In this document: positions 49,029 through 58,934 of the stretch, in pieces
Layout of the letters: each line of letters begins with the position of its first letter
Position numbering within the stretch: the first letter of the stretch is position 1
Assembly (NCBI GenBank): GCA_963667785.2
Contig: CAXXMU010000002.1
Location: 1 to 64,000 of the forward strand
Source: Alphaproteobacteria bacterium
Lineage (GTDB): Bacteria; Pseudomonadota; Alphaproteobacteria; UBA828
Reading direction: 5' to 3'
DNA: 64,000 nt
Made by a program: the position numbers and the translations under genes
Notes under the pieces: model-generated
Seen by the model: only the letters and a program-made list of their open reading frames with translations
The model's database searches: none
Told to the model about the DNA's origin: nothing

Positions 49029-51080
49029 ATGAGCGCAGCAACGGTCGAGGAAGCGACGTCCGCATCCGGGCTCCGTCTGGTCTGGGAGCCGCTGGAGATC
49101 GGCTCCACGCGGGTCAAGAACCGCATCATGATGACCGCGCAGACCACGCTCTACGGCAGGGACAACGTCCTCGGCGACCGTCACATCGAGTTCTTCCGCG
49201 AGCGCGCGAAGGGGGGCGCGGCGCTCTTCATCACCGAGCAGCAGGCCGGCCACCGGATCAGCAAGGGCTCGTTCTTCGAGGGCTGCTCCGCCTGGGAGAA
49301 GCGCGCCATTCCGCAATACGCGAAGCTCGCCGACGCGGTGCACGAGCACGGCGCGCGGCAGTTCATCCAGCTCTTCGGCTGCGGCGTGCACGACAAGGGC
49401 ACCATGATCATGGACGAGTGGCACCCGCTCTGGGGCGTCTCCAAGCTGCCCTCGATCGTGCACAACGAGATTCCGCTGGTCATGGAGCAGGAGCACATCG
49501 ACGACGTGGTCAGGGAGTTCGGCGAGTCCGCGCTCAACGTGATGGTCTCCGGCTGCGACGGGGTCGAGCTTCACGCCGCGCACAGCTACCTGCTGGGCCA
49601 GTTCCTGAGCCCCGCCTACAACGACCGCACCGATGCCTACGGCGGCTCGGTGCGCAAGCGCTGCCAGATCGTCCTCGAGATCGGCGAATCGGTGCGCGCG
49701 CGCGTCGGCAGCGACTTCACGGTCGGCGTCCGCCTCTCCTTCGACGAGTTCCTGGGCGAGGCCGGGATCACGCCGGACCAGGCCGAGGAGCAGCTCGACG
49801 TGCTCTCGTCGAGCGGCCTCTTCGACTTCTTCAACATCTCGGGCGGCGCCTATCACACGCTGCACCATGCGGTCGCGCCGATGAACGTGGAAGGAGGCTT
49901 CATGATCCCCTTCGCCAGGCGGGCCAAGGCTGTGGTGGGCAACCGGGCCAAGGTGTTCACCGTCGGCCGCATCATCGACCTGCACCAGGCGGAGCGGGCG
50001 CTCGCTGACGGCGCCACCGACATGGTCGCGATGACCCGCGCGCAGATGGCCGAGCCGCACCTGGTGAGGAAGACCCGCGAGGGCCGCGAGAAGGAGATCC
50101 GCCGCTGCATGGGCGCCAACGAATGTGTCGCGCGCCTCTTCGACAACCGGCAGGTCACCTGCGCCGTTAACCCGAGCGTCGGCCGCGAGGCCCGCTGGGG
50201 CAGCGGCACGCTGCAGCCCGTCGCACCGGCGGACGCGAAGTCGATCGTCGTCGTGGGCGGCGGCATCGCCGGGATGAAGACGGCCGCCGTCGCCGGCAGC
50301 CGCGGCCATCGGGTCCGGCTGCTGGAGCGCGAGGATCGCCTCGGCGGCCATCTCAACCTGCTGCTGCGGCTGCCCACGCGCAAGGAATGGGGAATCGCCA
50401 TCGACAATCTGGCGCGCGCCATGGAGGTCGCGGGCGTGGACGTGAGGCTCGGCACCGACGCGACGGCCGACCTGATCGAGCGCGAGGAGCCCGACGCGGT
50501 GGTCGTCGCCACCGGCGCCCGCTGGGACTGCGACGGCCGCAGCCAGTTCCGCCCCGGCAGCCCGCGGCTCGCCGGCACGGAGCAGGAGAACGTCGTCGAC
50601 GTCGGCACGGCGACGGAACGGACGCTCGCCGACGCGGGCGCGCTCGGCAGGCGCGTCGTGATCCTGGAAGAGACCGGCTTCTACCTGCCGCTCGGCCTCG
50701 CCGAGATCCTGGCCGAGGCCGGTGCTGAGGTGGAGATCGTGACGCCCCGCGCCATGGTGGGCGAGGATGCCATGCGCACCCTCGATCTCTCGTTCGTGAT
50801 GCCGCGCCTGGAGGCGGCCGGCGTCGCGCGCAGCGCGCACACGAACGTCGACAGGATCGAGGGCGATGCGGTCCACGTCCGCTCGGTCTGGGGCGGGCAG
50901 GTGCGCGTCATCGAGGGCGTGGACACGGTCGTCGTCTCGATGCTGCGCTCGCCCGAGGACGCGCTCTACCGGGCGCTGCAGGGGCGCATCGGCGCGCTGC
51001 ACCGCGTCGGCGACGCGCTCGCGCCCCGCCGCCCGATCCAGTCCATGTACGAGGGCGAGGAGCTCGGCCGCGCGCTGTAG
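49029..51080 (+). CDS. OYE-family NADH:flavin oxidoreductase with Fe-S and FAD domains
   Basis: DGVELHAAHSYLLGQFLSP..N.RTD.YGGS, CMGANEC...CAVNP, VVGGGIAG. Confidence 0.9.
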   Translation: MSAATVEEATSASGLRLVWEPLEIGSTRVKNRIMMTAQTTLYGRDNVLGDRHIEFFRERAKGGAALFITEQQAGHRISKGSFFEGCSAWEKRAIPQYAKLADAVHEHGARQFIQLFGCGVHDKGTMIMDEWHPLWGVSKLPSIVHNEIPLVMEQEHIDDVVREFGESALNVMVSGCDGVELHAAHSYLLGQFLSPAYNDRTDAYGGSVRKRCQIVLEIGESVRARVGSDFTVGVRLSFDEFLGEAGITPDQAEEQLDVLSSSGLFDFFNISGGAYHTLHHAVAPMNVEGGFMIPFARRAKAVVGNRAKVFTVGRIIDLHQAERALADGATDMVAMTRAQMAEPHLVRKTREGREKEIRRCMGANECVARLFDNRQVTCAVNPSVGREARWGSGTLQPVAPADAKSIVVVGGGIAGMKTAAVAGSRGHRVRLLEREDRLGGHLNLLLRLPTRKEWGIAIDNLARAMEVAGVDVRLGTDATADLIEREEPDAVVVATGARWDCDGRSQFRPGSPRLAGTEQENVVDVGTATERTLADAGALGRRVVILEETGFYLPLGLAEILAEAGAEVEIVTPRAMVGEDAMRTLDLSFVMPRLEAAGVARSAHTNVDRIEGDAVHVRSVWGGQVRVIEGVDTVVVSMLRSPEDALYRALQGRIGALHRVGDALAPRRPIQSMYEGEELGRAL

Positions 51081-51226
51081 AGCGTATCCGTCTTCGACGG
51101 ATACGCGACAGGCCGCGACTGCGGCCCGCCGCTTATGCGGCGCGCCCGCGCAGGCGCCGGCCGCAGGCCGGCTGCCGTGAGCGACAAAGAGGCTGGAGCG
51201 TTTCCGTGTAAAGCGGACACGCTCTA
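51078..51226. repeat. CIR/RIME-like miniature inverted-repeat element
   Basis: TAGAGCGTATCCG...CGGACACGCTCTA ends (12/13 match), each folding into its own hairpin; the left TAG is the upstream gene's stop. Confidence 0.7.
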
Positions 51227-51254
51227 GGGTTTGGGGGCCGGCCCGCTCGCACCG

Positions 51255-52787
51255 CTACTCCGAGGCCCGCTGCTTCAGCCGCTTCTCCAGCGTGCCGCAG
51301 AGGGTGCGCAGGACCTCGAGCCGGGCGTGCCGCTTGTTGTTGCCGGGGACCAGGGTCCACGGCGCGTCGCGGGTGCTCGTGCTCGCGATCATGTCGTTGG
51401 CGGCGTCCTCGTAGGCCTCCCACTTGGCGCGGTTGCGCCAGTCCTCGTCGGTGAGCTTCCAGGACTTGTAGGGATTGTCGCGGCGCAGCAGGAAGCGGCG
51501 CTCCTGCTCGTCCTTGTCGATGTGGAGCCAGAACTTCATGAGCAGCGTGCCGTGGCTGGTGAGCTGCTCCTCGAAGTCCCTGATCTCGGCGTAGGCCCGC
51601 TGCCATTCCGCCGTGGTGGCGAAGGATTCCACCCGCTCGACCAGGACCCGGCCATACCAGCTGCGGTCGAAGACCGCGACCTGCCCGGCCTCGGGCATGC
51701 GGCGCCAGAAGCGCCAGAGATAGTGATGGGCGCGCTCCTCGTCGCTGGGCGCGCTCACCTGATGCACGCGGTAGCTGCGGGCGTCCAGCGCCGAGACCAT
51801 GCGTCGGATCGCGCCGCCCTTGCCGCCGGCGTCCCAGCCCTCGAAGACAAGCACGACCGAGAGCCCGTGCAGGAGGTTCTGGGCGGCGAGCCAGTAGAGA
51901 TGGCTCCTGAGACGCGCGAGCGACTTGTCGTAGACCTTGCGGCCGACGGCGTGCCGCTGGTCTATGGTCGACAGCGGCTTGATATCCTTCACCGTCGCGC
52001 CGACCACGGCCGGGCTCTTGGCCGGCGCGCGGGCGCGGTAGCCCGCATCCGGCGGCGGCCGGCCGGCGAGCCGCGCATCGAGCGCCCGCTGCACCATGCC
52101 CAGCACCGTGAGCGAGCGGTAGCGCGCATGGCGGCCGTCGACCGCGAACCACGGCGCCTCCGCGGTGCTGGTGCGGTTGATGATATGCTCGGCCGCGTCG
52201 ACGAACTGCTCGTAGCGGTGCCAGTTGCGCCAGTCCCACTGCGAGATCCGCCAGTGGTCGCGCGGATGCTTCTGGAGCGATTCCAGGCGCTTCTGCTGCG
52301 CCACGCGATCGAGGTGCATCCAGAACTTGAGGATCAGCGCGCCGTCGTCGGCGAGTGTGCGCTCGAACGCCGCGATGCGCGCGAGCCGCCGCTCGAGCGC
52401 GCCCTTGCCGATGCGTCCGTAGGCGCGGTCCACCAGCGGCGCGGAGTACCAGGCGCTGAGGAAGAGCCCGAAGCGTCCGCGCGCCGGCAGGTCGCGCCAG
52501 TAGCGCCAGAACTCGGGCCGCTGGCCTTCCTCCTCGGTCAGCCGGTCGTAGGCGTGGGTGACGATGCTGCGTGGGTCGAGCCACTCGGTGAGCAGGTTGA
52601 CCGTCTCGCCCTTGCCGCCGCCGTCGACTCCGGCGAACAGGATGACGACCGGGAAGTCCGCCTTCGCCAGCGCGCGCTGGGCCTCGACCAGCTTGACCCT
52701 GAGCGCCGTGCCCTTCTCCTCGAACGCAGACTTGGAGACCTCGCGCGTCCGCTCGCTCTCCACCTCTTCGAATACCCGACCGCCCAT
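51255..52787 (-). CDS. ppk2: Two-domain polyphosphate kinase 2 (polyphosphate:AMP phosphotransferase-like)
   Basis: Duplicated GVDGGGKG / GWDAGGKG P-loops, FDRSWYGRVLVERVE, WKLTDEDWRNR. Confidence 0.92.
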   Translation of the reverse strand: MGGRVFEEVESERTREVSKSAFEEKGTALRVKLVEAQRALAKADFPVVILFAGVDGGGKGETVNLLTEWLDPRSIVTHAYDRLTEEEGQRPEFWRYWRDLPARGRFGLFLSAWYSAPLVDRAYGRIGKGALERRLARIAAFERTLADDGALILKFWMHLDRVAQQKRLESLQKHPRDHWRISQWDWRNWHRYEQFVDAAEHIINRTSTAEAPWFAVDGRHARYRSLTVLGMVQRALDARLAGRPPPDAGYRARAPAKSPAVVGATVKDIKPLSTIDQRHAVGRKVYDKSLARLRSHLYWLAAQNLLHGLSVVLVFEGWDAGGKGGAIRRMVSALDARSYRVHQVSAPSDEERAHHYLWRFWRRMPEAGQVAVFDRSWYGRVLVERVESFATTAEWQRAYAEIRDFEEQLTSHGTLLMKFWLHIDKDEQERRFLLRRDNPYKSWKLTDEDWRNRAKWEAYEDAANDMIASTSTRDAPWTLVPGNNKRHARLEVLRTLCGTLEKRLKQRASE

Positions 52788-52827
52788 GGTCCCCCCTGTC
52801 GCGGCCCTCTCTCGTCCGCTCGCCAGG

Positions 52828-53274
52828 CTAGGAAGCCTCCTCTTCGGACGTCTTCTTGGTCAGCGTGATGACGTTTCGGTCGTCCCGCCGCCGGTAGTCA
52901 ACGCCGTCCATCATCTGTTGCACGAGGAAGAGTCCGAGCCCGCCGAGCGAGCGCTCCTCGAGCGAGGCGTCGATGTTCGGGTCCGTCTCCTGCGACGAAT
53001 CGAAGGGCCGGCCGTCGTCCTCGATCACCACCATGAGCGTGTCGCCGTCGAGCCGGAGCGTGAGGCCGATCAGGTGCGCGTCCTCGTCGTCGTAGCCGTA
53101 GCTGATGGTGTTGGTGAGGATCTCGTCGATGGAGAGGTTGACCGCGTAGGCGATCTGCGGCGAGAGCGCCTGCGCCGCGCAGTACTCGTCGATCCGCTCG
53201 GCGGCGCGGACGATCTCCTGCAGATCGTTGGCGAGCGAGAGCTCAAGCGCGTCGTCGTTCACGGCCTCGTCCAT
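52828..53274 (-). CDS. Anti-sigma factor-type HATPase (RsbW-like)
   Basis: DEILTNTISYGY, IEDDGRPFD, GGLGLFLV. Confidence 0.85.
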   Translation of the reverse strand: MDEAVNDDALELSLANDLQEIVRAAERIDEYCAAQALSPQIAYAVNLSIDEILTNTISYGYDDEDAHLIGLTLRLDGDTLMVVIEDDGRPFDSSQETDPNIDASLEERSLGGLGLFLVQQMMDGVDYRRRDDRNVITLTKKTSEEEAS

Positions 53275-53509
53275 TCGTCGCGTGCGTCGCCCGCCCCACC
53301 CGCCGTCCGTCCGGGCGTGCCGCAGACGACCGGCGCGCGGGTCGACGCGCATCGGGCGATACTAATGGCCCATTCGCGTTGCCGTGCCAATCGGTTTCCG
53401 CCGCCGCCAGCGAGCCGCCCCTTGATCGCGCCCCTGCCGCCGCGCACACTTGGGGGAGCGAACCGGCCGGGCGGGCACACGCGCGGTCGCAATGGGGAGG
53501 ATCGACCGA

Positions 53510-54856
53510 ATGTCCAACGACGCCGAAGCCTTGCTGCTCGATCGCGATCGCGCGCACCTGCTTCATCCGCTGCACAGCCAGGCAACCCATGCCACCGGCA
53601 AGGTCTGGGTCGGCGGGGAGGGGGCCTTCCTCGTCGATGCCAACGGGGATCGGTACATCGACGGCCTGTCGGGCCTCTGGAACAACACCGCCGGCAACGG
53701 CTGCAAGGAGCTGGTCGAGGCCGGCAGCAGGCAGCTCGCGGAGATGGCCTACGCCTCCGGCTACGCCGGCAGCTCCAACCCGCGGGCGATCGAGCTGGCG
53801 GAGAAGCTTGCCCGGATCACCTACCCGAACATCAACCACTTCTATTTCACCTCGGGCGGCGGCGAGGCGACCGACAGCAACATCAAGATGGCCCGCTACT
53901 ACTGGAAGCTGAAGGGGAGGCCGGAGAAGACCAAGGTCATCTCCCGCATCTGGGGCTATCACGGCGTCACGCTCGCCGCCATGTGCGCGACGGGCATGAG
54001 CATCTACTGGCCCATGTTCGAGCCGCGCATGCCGGGCTTCGTCCACATTCCGAGCCCCTATCCCTATCGCTACGAGGCGCCCGACGGCGCGGAGAGCCAG
54101 GGCATCGCCGCAGCCGACGAGCTGGAGAAGGCGATCCTCGCGGAGGGGCCGGAGACGGTCGCGATGTTCATCGCCGAGCCGGTGCAGGGCGGCGGCGGCG
54201 TGATCCCGCCCCAGCCGGACTACTTCCCGCGCATCCGCGAGATCTGCACGAAGTACGACGTACTGATGGTCTCGGACGAGGTCATCACCGGCTTCGGCCG
54301 GACCGGCCGGATGTTCGGCCTGCAGCACTGGGGCGTCGAGCCCGACATGATCCAGTTCGCCAAGGCCATCACGTCGGGCTACTTCTCGCTCGGCGGCATC
54401 GGCATCAGCGACGAGATCGCCACCACGATGCACGAGAGCGGCAAGCCCTGGATGCACGCCTACACCTACAGCGCGCATCCCACCGGCTGCGCCATCGGCT
54501 GCGCCATGATCGACCTGATCGAGCGGGAGGATTTCCCGGCGCAGGCGGCGGCCAAGGGCAAGCGCCTGCTGGTCGGGCTCAAGGACGCGCTGGCCGACCA
54601 TCCCAATGTCGGCGACATCCGCGGCCTCGGCCTCATGTGCGCCGTCGAGTACGTCAAGGATCGCGCGACGAAGGAGAGCTTCGATCCCGCCGACGGGGTC
54701 GCCGCGAGGATCAATGCCGAGGCGGTGTCGCGCGGGCTGTTCAGCCGCTTCCGGCCGGACGTCTACATGGTGGCGCCGCCGATCGTCATCGACGACGAGA
54801 CCGTCGATCGGATGGTGGAGATCACCGCTGAGTCGACCCGCGCCGTCCTCGGTTGA
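53510..54856 (+). CDS. Class III PLP aminotransferase
   Basis: YIDGLSGLWN, GYHG, EPVQGGGG, DEVITGFGRTG, AKAITSGY; GGAGG RBS. Confidence 0.92.
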   Translation: MSNDAEALLLDRDRAHLLHPLHSQATHATGKVWVGGEGAFLVDANGDRYIDGLSGLWNNTAGNGCKELVEAGSRQLAEMAYASGYAGSSNPRAIELAEKLARITYPNINHFYFTSGGGEATDSNIKMARYYWKLKGRPEKTKVISRIWGYHGVTLAAMCATGMSIYWPMFEPRMPGFVHIPSPYPYRYEAPDGAESQGIAAADELEKAILAEGPETVAMFIAEPVQGGGGVIPPQPDYFPRIREICTKYDVLMVSDEVITGFGRTGRMFGLQHWGVEPDMIQFAKAITSGYFSLGGIGISDEIATTMHESGKPWMHAYTYSAHPTGCAIGCAMIDLIEREDFPAQAAAKGKRLLVGLKDALADHPNVGDIRGLGLMCAVEYVKDRATKESFDPADGVAARINAEAVSRGLFSRFRPDVYMVAPPIVIDDETVDRMVEITAESTRAVLG

Positions 54857-54872
54857 GAGCGGCGGGCAGGCC

Positions 54873-56204
54873 GTGGCGGGGCGGGAGAGCTCAGGTTCAC
54901 GGCCCGCCGTCGACTGGCAGGCGCCGGACTATCTGGACGCGGCGGCCCTGGACCGCGAGCTGCGCCGGGTCGCGGGCGTCTGCCACACCTGCCGCCGCTG
55001 CGTCGATCTCTGCGAGAGCTTCCCGCGGCTCTTCGATCTGATCGACGGCGCGGGCGGCGCCGACGCGGTGACGGGCGCCGGCTTCGAGAGCGTGGGCGCG
55101 GCCTGCACGCTCTGCGACATGTGTCACCCGGTCTGCCCCTACACGGCGCCGCACGTCCACGCCGTGGACTTTCCCGCCCTGATGGCGCGGCAGAGGGCGC
55201 GCGCCAGGTCCGACGGCCGGGTGGGTGTCACGGAGCACGCGCTGGGCGAGACCGACCGCAACGGCCGGCTGCTGGGGGCGATCGCCCCGCTCGCCAACTG
55301 GGCGGCGCGGTGCGGCAACAGGCTGACGCGGCCGCTCATGGAGGCGCTCGCCGGCATCCACCGCGATGCGGTGCTGCCGCGCTTTCACGCCCGCCGCTTC
55401 AGCCGGCAGGCCGCAGCCGCCCCGCCGCCGGTCGATGCGGGCGCGCCGGCCGCCGGGCGCAAGGCGGTGCTCTACGCCACCTGCTTCGTCGAATACAACA
55501 ATCCGGCGATCGGCCATGCCGCCCAAGGTGTGCTCGCGCGGAACGGGGTCGAGACCCGCATCGTCTACGACGAGTGCTGCGGCATGCCGCAGCTCGAGCG
55601 GGGCGATATCGCCGGGGTCTGCCGCCGCGCCCGGCGTGCCGCCGCCGCGCTGGTGCCGTGGATCGAGCGCGGCTGGGAGGTGATCGCGCCGGTTCCCTCC
55701 TGCGCGCTGATGATGAAGACGACCTGGCCGCAATACCTGCCGGAGGAGCCGGCCGTGACCCGCCTCGCCAGGCACACGAGCGACATCTCCGAGTACGTCG
55801 TGGGCATCGCCCGCAACGAGGGCCTCGCCCCCGGCATGGCGCCGCTCGCCGGCGACGTCGCGCTGCACCAGGCCTGCCACGCGCGCGCCCAGGACGTCGG
55901 CGCCAAGGCCGCGGTCATGCTGCGCATGATCCCCGGCTGCAATGTGATGATGATGCAGCGCTGCGCCGGCCACGGCGGCACCTGGGGCGTGATGAAGGGA
56001 AATTTCGAGACCGGCATGAAGGTGGGCGAGCCGGTCATCCGCCAGGCGGCCGAGAGCGGCCGCAGGTACCTCGCCTCCGAGTGTCCGCTCGCCGGCGACC
56101 ACATCGTGCAGGGGATGGAGCGCATCGGCGCGGGTGGCGCCACGCCCGCGCGCGCCCATCACCCGATCGAGCTCGTGGCGATGAGCTATGGCATCGACGT
56201 CTGA
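54873..56204 (+). CDS. Fe-S oxidoreductase (GlpC/CCG-domain family)
   Basis: CHTCRRCVDLC and CTLCDMCHPVCP ferredoxin motifs, CCGMP, CH...CAGHGG, SECP. Confidence 0.85.
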   Translation: MAGRESSGSRPAVDWQAPDYLDAAALDRELRRVAGVCHTCRRCVDLCESFPRLFDLIDGAGGADAVTGAGFESVGAACTLCDMCHPVCPYTAPHVHAVDFPALMARQRARARSDGRVGVTEHALGETDRNGRLLGAIAPLANWAARCGNRLTRPLMEALAGIHRDAVLPRFHARRFSRQAAAAPPPVDAGAPAAGRKAVLYATCFVEYNNPAIGHAAQGVLARNGVETRIVYDECCGMPQLERGDIAGVCRRARRAAAALVPWIERGWEVIAPVPSCALMMKTTWPQYLPEEPAVTRLARHTSDISEYVVGIARNEGLAPGMAPLAGDVALHQACHARAQDVGAKAAVMLRMIPGCNVMMMQRCAGHGGTWGVMKGNFETGMKVGEPVIRQAAESGRRYLASECPLAGDHIVQGMERIGAGGATPARAHHPIELVAMSYGIDV

Positions 56205-56619
56205 CGCGCCTCTCGACGCCCACGCGCTGGCGACGCTCGCGGCGATGGCGCGGGTGCTCTATCCCCATGACTTCTTGGAGGACGCCACGTACCGCCGGGT
56301 CGTCGACATCGTCGTGGCTGGCGCGGATGCGGCGCAGCGCGCCCTGCTGGCCGACGGTGCCGCCGCGCTGGACGAGGCCGGGGACGGCCGCTTCGTCGAG
56401 CGCGGGGAGAAGGAGCGGCTCGCGGCGGTCGAGGCGCTGCAGGACCGGCCCTTCTTCGAGATTGTGCGCGCGGGCACGGCACGCCACCTCTATGACGACC
56501 GTTCGCTCTGGCCCCGCTTCGGCTACGAGGGGGCGTCGTTTCACCTGGGCGGCTACATCGAGCGGGGCTACGACGACATCGACTGGATCGCCGACGAGGA
56601 GCTGGAGGCGGACCGGTGA
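56188..56619 (+). CDS. Gluconate 2-dehydrogenase subunit 3-like small subunit
   Basis: MARVLYPHD...LYDD...W..FGYEG.S...GGYI.RG.DDIDW; coupled to the GMC gene. Confidence 0.75.
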   Translation: MASTSDAPLDAHALATLAAMARVLYPHDFLEDATYRRVVDIVVAGADAAQRALLADGAAALDEAGDGRFVERGEKERLAAVEALQDRPFFEIVRAGTARHLYDDRSLWPRFGYEGASFHLGGYIERGYDDIDWIADEELEADR

Positions 56620-58220
56620 GCGCGCTCCATCTCGATGACGACGACGTCCCCGCCGTCACCTACGACCTCGACGACGACAGTGTCGTGGTCATCATCGGCT
56701 CGGGCGCGGGCGGCGGGACCGTCGCCGACGAGCTGACCCGGCGGGGGATCGACGTGGTCGTCATCGAGGCCGGCCCCCGCTTCGGGACGAGCGACATCGT
56801 CAACGACGAATGGGCGATGTACGACCGCCTCACCTGGAAGGACGAGCGCGCCTGCACCGGCGCCTCGCCCATCGCCCGCGACTATCCCACCGCGCCGACC
56901 TGGACCTGCAAGGGGCTGGGCGGCACCACCCTCCACTGGGCGGCCATGTGCCCGCGCCCGCGGCCTTACGAGCTCAAGGTGCGCACGACCTACGGCGAGG
57001 TCGACGGCGCGGCGCTGGAGGACTGGCCGTTCGACTTCGACGAGCTGGAGCCCTTCCTGCGCGAGGCCGAGAGCAAGATGGGCGTCACCGGCCGGGGCGG
57101 GCTCGCGCTGCAGCGCGGCTCCAACAACTACCGGGTGATGGCGCTCGGCGCGAAGCGCATTGGCTATCGCGACTACGGCCCCAACAACGTGGCCATCAAC
57201 GTGGTGCCCCGCGACGGCCGCAACGCCTGCGACCAGATCGGCTTCTGCATGCAGGGCTGCAAGTCCGGCGGCAAGTGGTCCACCTTCGTCTCCGAGCTGC
57301 CGCGCGCAGAGGCGACCGGCCGCTGCGAGATCCGCACCCGCTGCATGGCGCTCCGCATCGAGCACGACCGCGCGGGCCGCGCCAGCGGCGTCCTCTATGC
57401 CGACGCGGCCGGGCGTCATCACCTGCAGAAGGCGCGGCTCGTCTGCGTCGCGGCCAACTCGATCGAGACCGCGCGGCTGCTGCTCAACTCGGAATCGAGC
57501 GCCTGGCCCGACGGCCTCGCCAACGGCTCGGGCGCGGTCGGCAAGCACTACATGCGCCACACCACGGCCTACATGTACGCCGAGTTCCCGAGGCCGGTGC
57601 GGATGTATCGCGGCATGGTCTGCTCCGGCATCATCAAGGACGAGGCGCGGCACGATCCCGCGCGGGGCTTCGCCGGCGGCTTCTTCTACGGCACCATCGG
57701 CCTCGGCCTGCCCTTCTTCGCGGCCTTCCTCAGTCCGGGGCGCTGGGGCCGCGACTACACCCGCTGGATCGAGGCCTACGAGCGCATCGGCGGCCTCTTC
57801 ATGAACGGCGAGGACATGGCCATCGCCAGCAACCGGGTGACGCTGCATCCCGATAAGCGCGACGCCCACGGCCTGCCGATCCCCAGCCTCCACCTCGACG
57901 ACCACCCCAACGACCTCGCCATGAAGCGCTACGGCTACCGCAACGGCATCGCGTTGCTGGAGGCGGCGGGCGCGCTGCGGGTCTTCTGCTCGCCGCCGCT
58001 GCCGGTCTCGCACAATCTCGGCACCTGCCGCATGAGCGCCGACCCGGGCGCCGGCGTGGTCGACCGCTGGGGCCGGAGCCACGAGATCCCCAACCTCTTC
58101 GTCTCCGACGGCAGCCAGTTCACCTCGTCGATCGCGGGCAACCCGACGCTCACCATCGTCGCGCTTGCGCTGCGCCAGGCGGGCGAGATCGCCCGCATGA
58201 TGGGCCGCGGCGAGGTCTGA
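56616..58220 (+). CDS. GMC oxidoreductase (2-ketogluconate dehydrogenase-like flavoprotein)
   Basis: IGSGAGGG, CDQIGFCMQGC, HNLGTCRM, NPTLTI. Confidence 0.9.
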   Translation: MSALHLDDDDVPAVTYDLDDDSVVVIIGSGAGGGTVADELTRRGIDVVVIEAGPRFGTSDIVNDEWAMYDRLTWKDERACTGASPIARDYPTAPTWTCKGLGGTTLHWAAMCPRPRPYELKVRTTYGEVDGAALEDWPFDFDELEPFLREAESKMGVTGRGGLALQRGSNNYRVMALGAKRIGYRDYGPNNVAINVVPRDGRNACDQIGFCMQGCKSGGKWSTFVSELPRAEATGRCEIRTRCMALRIEHDRAGRASGVLYADAAGRHHLQKARLVCVAANSIETARLLLNSESSAWPDGLANGSGAVGKHYMRHTTAYMYAEFPRPVRMYRGMVCSGIIKDEARHDPARGFAGGFFYGTIGLGLPFFAAFLSPGRWGRDYTRWIEAYERIGGLFMNGEDMAIASNRVTLHPDKRDAHGLPIPSLHLDDHPNDLAMKRYGYRNGIALLEAAGALRVFCSPPLPVSHNLGTCRMSADPGAGVVDRWGRSHEIPNLFVSDGSQFTSSIAGNPTLTIVALALRQAGEIARMMGRGEV

Positions 58221-58321
58221 GCGCCGCCACCCGCCACCACCCGCAAGCGCCGCACTGGCCGCGTCAGGCCATTCGGGCTATCCCGGCACGAGACGCACAC
58301 GCAGCATCATGGGAGGAGAGC

Positions 58322-58726
58322 ATGGCGACGGTGCCGCTGGTGGAGTACGACGACGCCCCGCCCGAGGTCCGCGCGGTCTACGACGACATCATGGAGACCC
58401 GCAAGACCGACTGGATCAACAACTTCTGGAAGGTGCTGGCCAACGACCCGCCGACGCTGGCGCGCACCTGGGAGAGCATCAAGCAGGTGATGGGGCCCGG
58501 TGCCCTCGACCCGCTGACCAAGGAGCTGATCTACGTCGCGGTCAGCGCGACCAACGGCTGCGAGTACTGCATCCGCTCCCACACCGCCGGCGCCAGGCGC
58601 CAGGGGATGACCGACGCCATGCTGGCCGAGCTCATGGCCGTCGTCGGCATGGCGAACGAGACCAATACGCTGGCCAACGGCTATGCCGTCGATGTCGACG
58701 CCGCGTTCCTGGGCGGCGGGAAATAG
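58322..58726 (+). CDS. Carboxymuconolactone decarboxylase/AhpD family protein
   Basis: KELIYVAVSATNGCEYCIRSH. Confidence 0.9.
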   Translation: MATVPLVEYDDAPPEVRAVYDDIMETRKTDWINNFWKVLANDPPTLARTWESIKQVMGPGALDPLTKELIYVAVSATNGCEYCIRSHTAGARRQGMTDAMLAELMAVVGMANETNTLANGYAVDVDAAFLGGGK

Positions 58727-58751
58727 GGCACGGCCTCTCCTCAGCTTGAGT

Positions 58752-58862
58752 CTCCCACCTCCCCCTGTCCCCCTCCTCCCAGGAGGAGGGGGAACGAAAG
58801 CGGCGCCGCCCCTTCTCCCTCTCCTCCCCGCCGGGGAGGAGAGGGCCGGGGAGAGGTGGGGG
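58752..58862. repeat. REP-like palindromic element, copy 3 (inverted relative to copy 2)
   Basis: About 55 bp match the reverse complement of 46440-46494, followed by the second hairpin. Confidence 0.8.
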
Positions 58863-58934
58863 AGTCACGGGCGGCACCGCACGAGGATTGGGCACCCGCG
58901 GCGGCTGGCTGCGATCGTGTCCGAACGAAAGGGG

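Noticed and set aside
53375-53395. Sigma-54 promoter-like TGGCACG motifs (also near 17850 and 36980)
   Set aside because: GG-to-GC spacing is 9 nt instead of the required 10.
29631-58862. CRISPR array
   Set aside because: The repeats are dispersed single palindromes; no regularly spaced direct repeats with unique spacers and no cas genes.
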